Below are positions 58,652 through 64,000 of a stretch of DNA of 64,000 nt, in pieces (positions within the stretch are counted from its first letter, which is position 1; every line of letters begins with the position of its first letter). The DNA comes from Candidatus Latescibacterota bacterium (GTDB lineage: Bacteria > Latescibacterota > UBA2968). The notes under the pieces are model-generated. The model ran no database searches. It was not told where the DNA came from and saw only the letters and a program-made list of their open reading frames with translations. The position numbers and the translations under genes are program-made. The stretch is from assembly GCA_965116885.1 (NCBI GenBank), contig OZ220741.1, positions 2,432,001 to 2,496,000 on the forward strand. The letters are read 5' to 3'.

Positions 58652-59858
58652 GGCAGTCTCCGTTCTTTTTTCGCGAGGGATCGAAATAGTTGACGACGCT
58701 GCGCGCGAGTATTTTGGCACCTATGACCAGGGCGCGTTCATCAATGTCGAAGTCGGGTGCATGCAAGGGCGGGGCACTTCCCCGGGGGGGCATGCACCCC
58801 AGGCGAAACAGGCTGCCGGGCACATGGTCGAGATAATTGGCAAAGTCTTCGCCTCCCATGCTCGGTCTGGCGATGGTTTGAACGTGTGTTTGGCCCAATA
58901 GATCAATGGCATTTTGGCGGATCAGTTCGGTGAGTGCGGGGTCGTTATTGACCGATGAGGGGCCGGTGAGAAAGCGGACATCGATTTCTGTGTCGGTGAG
59001 ATTGGCCATGCCATTGGCAATCTTGAGAATGTGGTCCATGGCATGGGCTTGAGAACTGCCACTGAGGGTGCGAAGGGTGCCTCGAAGCAGAGCCTGGGCG
59101 GGTATGACGTTGGGATTTTCGCCCGCAGAGATATGCCCAATTGATATGACAATCGGGTCGTAGGTATCTACATTGCGAGGCAATGATTGATAAAGTGCTG
59201 TGATGACCTGAGCGGCAGCGACGATGGGGTCTCGCGTTTCCAGGGGGCGAGCGGCATGTCCGCCCCGGCCCTGGATGCAAATTTCTATTTCGGCACAATT
59301 GGCTGTGAGCACGCCCTTGCGTATGCCCACAGTGCCTGCTGGACGCGAGGGATCGAGGTGAAGGCTGAGCAGGCCACAGACGTTTTTGAGAGCACCAAAG
59401 GCGATCATGTCTTTGGCGCCCTGGTTGGTTTCTTCAGCAGGTTGAAAGATGGCGCGCCAGTGTACAGGCCAGGGCAATACCCGGTCGCATTCCAGAAGGC
59501 CCAGAACAGCACCGAGTACTGTGGCTGTATGACCATCGTGTCCGCAGGCGTGCATCACGCCCGGTACGCGACTGCGGTAGGGCGCATTTTTGGCATCTTG
59601 TATGCGAAGTGCGTCAATGTCGGCTCGCAGGCCTATACGCGTGTTTTTCGATGTATTGTCGGCTATGACGCCACAGCCTCTGGGACCCGTCTTTACATGG
59701 CATCCGGTTTGTTGTAACAATTTGACGAGATAGTGCGTGGTTTCCACTTCGCGACCGCTGGGTTCGGGATACATGTGCAGATCGCGGCGGACGCGTACAA
59801 TTTTTTTGCGTTGTGCGTCAATGGCACGGTCGAGTTTTTGTGTCCAGGTGTTGGGCAT
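58638..59858 (-). CDS. M20 family amidohydrolase
   Basis: RRDLHMYPE, LRADIDAL, MHACGHDGH, FQPAEE, GGEDF, LH.PDF. Confidence 0.92.
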   Translation of the reverse strand: MPNTWTQKLDRAIDAQRKKIVRVRRDLHMYPEPSGREVETTHYLVKLLQQTGCHVKTGPRGCGVIADNTSKNTRIGLRADIDALRIQDAKNAPYRSRVPGVMHACGHDGHTATVLGAVLGLLECDRVLPWPVHWRAIFQPAEETNQGAKDMIAFGALKNVCGLLSLHLDPSRPAGTVGIRKGVLTANCAEIEICIQGRGGHAARPLETRDPIVAAAQVITALYQSLPRNVDTYDPIVISIGHISAGENPNVIPAQALLRGTLRTLSGSSQAHAMDHILKIANGMANLTDTEIDVRFLTGPSSVNNDPALTELIRQNAIDLLGQTHVQTIARPSMGGEDFANYLDHVPGSLFRLGCMPPRGSAPPLHAPDFDIDERALVIGAKILARSVVNYFDPSRKKNGDCHDPT

Positions 59859-60023
59859 GCTCCTAAAAATACTGATAATTTTTTTTTGCGCTATAAATTG
59901 TTTTAAGTGGTTAACAGGCTCCTGGATACCTGTTTTCTCTTGACTTCCTGTTGTGTATGGTTGAAATTAGGTCGTCATTTTTGTAGTAATAGATAACCGT
60001 AGATTATTTCTAAGGAGCGTGTT

Positions 60024-60257
60024 ATGTGGCGACGACAAGAAGCAAATCGCGATTTTTTTTGGATTGGAGTCGTAGTTGGCCTTGCTGCTGTTGGCCTCGC
60101 CGTTGTGGGATTTTTGCTGGGAACGGAAATGGGGCGAAATACGCGCACGAGATTGGGACAGACCGTTCAGCGCGTGCGTAGCCGTATCAATGGTTCGGCA
60201 GAATCCAATGGCTCAACAGAATCCAAGGAGTCACCTGCTGAAGAATATATAGATTAA
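60024..60257 (+). CDS. Small single-TM protein (YtxH-like)
   Basis: AAGGAG RBS; F.IG..VG TM segment followed by G..TR..L. Confidence 0.6.
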   Translation: MWRRQEANRDFFWIGVVVGLAAVGLAVVGFLLGTEMGRNTRTRLGQTVQRVRSRINGSAESNGSTESKESPAEEYID

Positions 60258-60318
60258 AAAGAATCCCGGGTGTGTTTCTGGATTGAACTGCCCGAGTGGT
60301 TAACCGATAAGAGGTGAG

Positions 60319-60362
60319 ACGCAAGAAGTAAAACGCGAGGGCGTTTTACTTCTTGCGTTTTT
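60319..60362 (+). terminator. Strong hairpin, probable terminator
   Basis: Perfect 18-bp stem ACGCAAGAAGTAAAACGC-GAGG-GCGTTTTACTTCTTGCGT followed by TTTT. Confidence 0.75.
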
Positions 60363-60369
60363 ATATGTG

Positions 60370-60870
60370 ATGAATTTGCTTTATAAACCCGATGGATATC
60401 CCATTTATGCCGTTGTGGAAAATGTTCGTTCACTGTTTAATGTGGGCGCGATTTTTCGCTCGGCAGATGGGGTTAATGCATCGGGGGTTTATTTAACGGG
60501 ATTTACAGGATGTCCCCCGCGCAAGGAGATCAGTCGCGTGGCGTTGGGCGCAGAAGAGACGGTGCCCTGGTATTATGAACGGGATACGGCAAAGCTGATC
60601 GGCGATTTGCGCTCGCAAGGTGTACAGGTGGTTGCATTAGAGCAAACGCCAGATAGTGTCGATTTTCGAACTTTTTGCTATCGCTGGCCGGTGGCTGTGG
60701 TCTTGGGCCATGAAGTGACGGGTGTGCGTCCTGAGACACTGTGTTTGTGCGATAGCGTTGTTCACATTCCGATGTTGGGAACAAAAGTGTCTCTAAATGT
60801 GTCTGTAGCTACAGGGGTTATGCTTTATGAATTGTTGTCCGTTTTTGAGAGACAACGAGATAGGGTGTGA
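60370..60870 (+). CDS. SpoU/TrmH family RNA methyltransferase
   Basis: ENVRS.FNVGAIFRSAD, LGHEVTGV, IPMLG...SLNVSVA. Confidence 0.9.
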   Translation: MNLLYKPDGYPIYAVVENVRSLFNVGAIFRSADGVNASGVYLTGFTGCPPRKEISRVALGAEETVPWYYERDTAKLIGDLRSQGVQVVALEQTPDSVDFRTFCYRWPVAVVLGHEVTGVRPETLCLCDSVVHIPMLGTKVSLNVSVATGVMLYELLSVFERQRDRV

Positions 60871-60953
60871 TATACTTGGTTTGGCCGGGACTGGGCGGCG
60901 GGCTGACAACGTGGTATAACTGGCTGCTGACTACTGAGAAAGGACGTATCCCG

Positions 60954-62156
60954 ATGAGTTTACGCTTTTGCGCTGTGCTTTGTATACTTGTGGTCTTGAA
61001 CGGGGAAGAGCTGCGGGCTGAAACGAGCGTGTTTTGGGTGGCCAATGGTCCTATGGCATCGGATTTTGATGGCGATAGCGAGGTGACGTTTTCCGATTTT
61101 TTGCATTTTATCAATAATTTTAATGTGAATTCAGAGGATGAGAGCTATGATCCTCGCACGGATTTGAATGAGGACGGGGTCACGAATTTTAACGATTTTT
61201 TGGTATTTAGTTCTTCTTATGGTCAAGCGCAGACGCCTGCAGAATTGAGCGGAGATCGATATATTATTTATGTGGCGGATGTAGATGATAGTTCGGTTAT
61301 AGCACTGGATTCCGATTCACACCTGATACTCGATTATATGCCCTACCGCGGTCCGGGTGGGGTGATAGTATCTGAGGATCAGCAGTCGATTTATGTGGCG
61401 GAGGTGTTTGGGTTTTTCAAGATGGACACGCGCCATGAGGTGGAGTTTAGCGTGCCTGTTGAATCTCGGGGTAAAGCGGTGCTGAGCCTTGATCAGACGC
61501 GGGCGTATGTGGCTGATCAGGTACAGGACCTGGTTCGGGTGGTGGATGTGGTGAATGGCGTTACCACAGATTCTATCCTGGTGGGAAATCGACCAATTGA
61601 CGTCGCGCTCTCGCCCGATGGCACAAAGTTGTATGTGGTAAATCAAACCGATCGAAATGTGGAGGTCGTTGATTTGGAAACGATGACGGTTACGGCGAGG
61701 ATGGTTATCGGTGATATTCCTTTAGAGATTTCGATTACGCAGGATGGCGCGCGCGCTTATGTGACAAATTGGAGTCGCGGTGTGATTTCTGTTTTAGATC
61801 TCAATACCAATCAGGTGGTGGGTGCGATTCAGATTGATCAGGAGGGTTCGTTTGGCGCAGAGTTTTCTCCCGATAAAAAATTATTATATGTGAGCGCAGT
61901 GGGCGTGTTATTGGAAATTGATGTAGAGCACAATTTGATTGTTCGCACATTGCGATTGGGGAATGATTCGACGGTGCTCGGGGTTTCGCCCGATGGCTCT
62001 CGGGCTTATGTTGCAACGCTTGTGCAACAGGCTGGGGGACCGGGACTTACGGTGGTGGATTTGGATGAATGGAGGATTCTCGGACGGATACGGGGGTTCT
62101 TTTTCCCGAGGCAGATCGCGTTTCGGACTGTGCCGAGGAGCATGGGCTCTCAGTGA
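60954..62156 (+). CDS. Secreted YVTN-type beta-propeller protein with dockerin/EF-hand-like domain
   Basis: DFDGDSEVTFSDF...DLNEDGVTNFNDF; repeated SPDG..LYV.N blades. Confidence 0.8.
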   Translation: MSLRFCAVLCILVVLNGEELRAETSVFWVANGPMASDFDGDSEVTFSDFLHFINNFNVNSEDESYDPRTDLNEDGVTNFNDFLVFSSSYGQAQTPAELSGDRYIIYVADVDDSSVIALDSDSHLILDYMPYRGPGGVIVSEDQQSIYVAEVFGFFKMDTRHEVEFSVPVESRGKAVLSLDQTRAYVADQVQDLVRVVDVVNGVTTDSILVGNRPIDVALSPDGTKLYVVNQTDRNVEVVDLETMTVTARMVIGDIPLEISITQDGARAYVTNWSRGVISVLDLNTNQVVGAIQIDQEGSFGAEFSPDKKLLYVSAVGVLLEIDVEHNLIVRTLRLGNDSTVLGVSPDGSRAYVATLVQQAGGPGLTVVDLDEWRILGRIRGFFFPRQIAFRTVPRSMGSQ

Positions 62157-62184
62157 GGTGAGCCTGCAGTTTGATCTATTGGAG

Positions 62185-62211
62185 AAAGCGGCCTTAATGG
62201 TCGCTTTTTTT
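62185..62211 (+). terminator. Rho-independent terminator between convergent genes
   Basis: AAAGCGGCC-TTAAT-GGTCGCTTT followed by a T-run. Confidence 0.65.
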
Positions 62212-62901
62212 ATTTGGTAGCAATAGGTCGAGACATTCTGTCATGAGGATATTGATGCGTTCAAACTCGCGTTGATTTTTGAGTATTTCGCAGGCGGGCT
62301 GAATATAGGGCGCATCGACGATTTCGTGCCCACAGTGATCGATCAATGCCCGGGCAGCGTCGGGCGTTGTTTCCAAATGGAATTGCAATGCGAGGATCTG
62401 ATCGCCTACCGAGAATGCCTGATGCTTACAGGCATGGCTTTTGGCGAGATGGGTCGCGCCAGCGGGGAGGTCATAAGTATCGCCATGCCAGTGAAAGACT
62501 TTGCCAGCATTGGAGAGTACCTTTCCTATTGAACCGCTGGGCACCGTTCGTACGCCCTCAATGGGAAACCAGCCGATTTCTTTGTGGTCATTGGGATAGA
62601 CTTTTGCACCGAGTACTTCGGCTATGAGTTGGGCACCCAGGCAGACGCCGAGTATATGTGTACCGGCGTCTATTGCCTGTTTCAAAAATTCCTTCTCTCG
62701 TATGAGCCAGGGATAGTCGCGTTCGTCATAGACGCCCATGGGTCCCCCCAGGACGGCCAATAGGTCAATTTCATCGGCTGATGGCAATGCCTCGTCGGCA
62801 AAGAGGCGCGTGCGCGAAATTTGAATGCGATGCGTTTTTGCCCAGGAAGCAATGCTGCCGAGGCCCTCGAATGGCACATGCTGGAGATAGTGTAATTTCA
62901 T
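62194..62901 (-). CDS. Type 1 glutamine amidotransferase (GMP synthase-like)
   Basis: QHVPFEG, LGGPM, GVCLGAQ, WHGD, QFHLE catalytic triad. Confidence 0.9.
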   Translation of the reverse strand: MKLHYLQHVPFEGLGSIASWAKTHRIQISRTRLFADEALPSADEIDLLAVLGGPMGVYDERDYPWLIREKEFLKQAIDAGTHILGVCLGAQLIAEVLGAKVYPNDHKEIGWFPIEGVRTVPSGSIGKVLSNAGKVFHWHGDTYDLPAGATHLAKSHACKHQAFSVGDQILALQFHLETTPDAARALIDHCGHEIVDAPYIQPACEILKNQREFERINILMTECLDLLLPNKKSDH

Positions 62902-62905
62902 GATT

Positions 62906-63904
62906 TTAAGAAATGTCAACGGGTTGTTGCGTTCTGATGGACTCGTAGATGGCGTCCATTGTTTTCATATTGCCAATGCTGTTTTCGGGCGGGATGCGGT
63001 GCGGTTGCCCGGTTTCGAGGCAATCGCACAGATGGTGGAGTTGGTTCAGGAATTGAAAGACGGGTTCAAATTCATGGGTTTCAACGCCATCGCGGGTGTG
63101 AACTTCAAGGGTCGTGGGCTGGTTTTCGTTGTTCCAGGCGCGTTCTGTTCGCAACATGCCATCGGTGCCCGAGATTTCAAAATATTGTGAGGAGGCCATT
63201 TTGAAGCTAAAGGTGAGTTGTGCGGTGATATGATTGGGAAATTCGTAGATGGCGATAATTGTTTCATCCACTTCTCGACCAAATTCTCCCGTGGCATAGA
63301 CGCGGATGGGGTCGGCGTTGGCTATGAAGCGGGCGTGATGGGTGTTGTAACACCCCAGGTCATAGACTGCGCCACCGCCTTTTTCTTTGTTGAAACGCCA
63401 GTTGAGTTCGGGTTTTCGGCGGTCGTCTGAAACGCCCGTGCAAAAGGTGCTGCGAATATTGCTCAGGGTTCCGATTTGTCCACTGTCGAGAATTTCTTTG
63501 GTTTTGAGATGTAAGGGGTGATGGCGAAATTTGAAGGCTTCGGCGAGGAGGATATTGTTGGCTTTGGCGCAGGCGACCATTTCCCGGCATTCTGCAGCGG
63601 TTTGTGTGATGGGTTTTTCACAAAGGATGGCGCGGACTTTTTGCGATTTTGCGATTTGATTGCTCAGGCTGGCGTGATAGCGGCCCCAGGTGCAGATGAT
63701 GGCGATGTCGAGGTTTTCATTGTCGAGCATCAGGTCGAGATCGGTATAACCTTTGCGGACGTCAAATTCGCCGCGGTATCTCTCAACTGCTTCGGGCAAG
63801 ACATCGCAGACGGCGACGATTTCTGCGCGGTCAGATTGTGCAGCCGCCCGGCCATGAGCACGCGAGATACCGCCAGCACCGACAATTCCAATGCGATAGG
63901 ACAT
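62906..63904 (-). CDS. Gfo/Idh/MocA family oxidoreductase
   Basis: GIVGAGG, LCEKP, GGGAVYDLGCY. Confidence 0.9.
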   Translation of the reverse strand: MSYRIGIVGAGGISRAHGRAAAQSDRAEIVAVCDVLPEAVERYRGEFDVRKGYTDLDLMLDNENLDIAIICTWGRYHASLSNQIAKSQKVRAILCEKPITQTAAECREMVACAKANNILLAEAFKFRHHPLHLKTKEILDSGQIGTLSNIRSTFCTGVSDDRRKPELNWRFNKEKGGGAVYDLGCYNTHHARFIANADPIRVYATGEFGREVDETIIAIYEFPNHITAQLTFSFKMASSQYFEISGTDGMLRTERAWNNENQPTTLEVHTRDGVETHEFEPVFQFLNQLHHLCDCLETGQPHRIPPENSIGNMKTMDAIYESIRTQQPVDIS

Positions 63905-64000
63905 GTAAAACTCCTGAAAAATAAAATACCTCAGGCCAGTGCATCCAATATATGTCGCGCAACAGATTCAGCCAGTTCAGCAGAGCCTTCTTTTGAAAAG

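Overview
Gene-dense bacterial chromosomal window of about 60 CDS. The many Gfo/Idh/MocA, PhyH and sulfatase genes and a dockerin/EF-hand-like 'DFDGD..V.FSDF' surface protein suggest a Latescibacterota/Gemmatimonadota-like organism (inference). From left to right it holds: a PBP1A fragment, murG and a + strand catabolic run (sulfatase, aldolase, D-amino acid dehydrogenase, heparinase II/III-like, creatininase, acetamidase); a tandem pair of non-canonical tRNA-like genes at 17100-17299; a Tat-SBP/HAMP/OFA-MFS trio; an AT-richer ABC-ATPase plus putative nuclease pair; ino1/LysR/thiI; an expanded sigma54-driven phage-shock (Psp) operon; a LysM amidase, copA, an aminopeptidase, a eukaryote-type hisA, thiL, a GGQ rescue factor and an S1 protein; an ECF/anti-sigma/caspase module; and assorted metabolic genes. 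The two strongest candidates for something undescribed are the tRNA-like pair (8/4 fold, long variable arm, encoded CCA, G3:U70, no usable anticodon loop) and the Psp operon (pspA, triplicated PspB-like peptides, ECF sigma, NfeD/flotillin, TPR histidine kinase, REC-PspF-like activator, PP2C phosphatase). All calls come from reading motifs by eye; no database searches were run.
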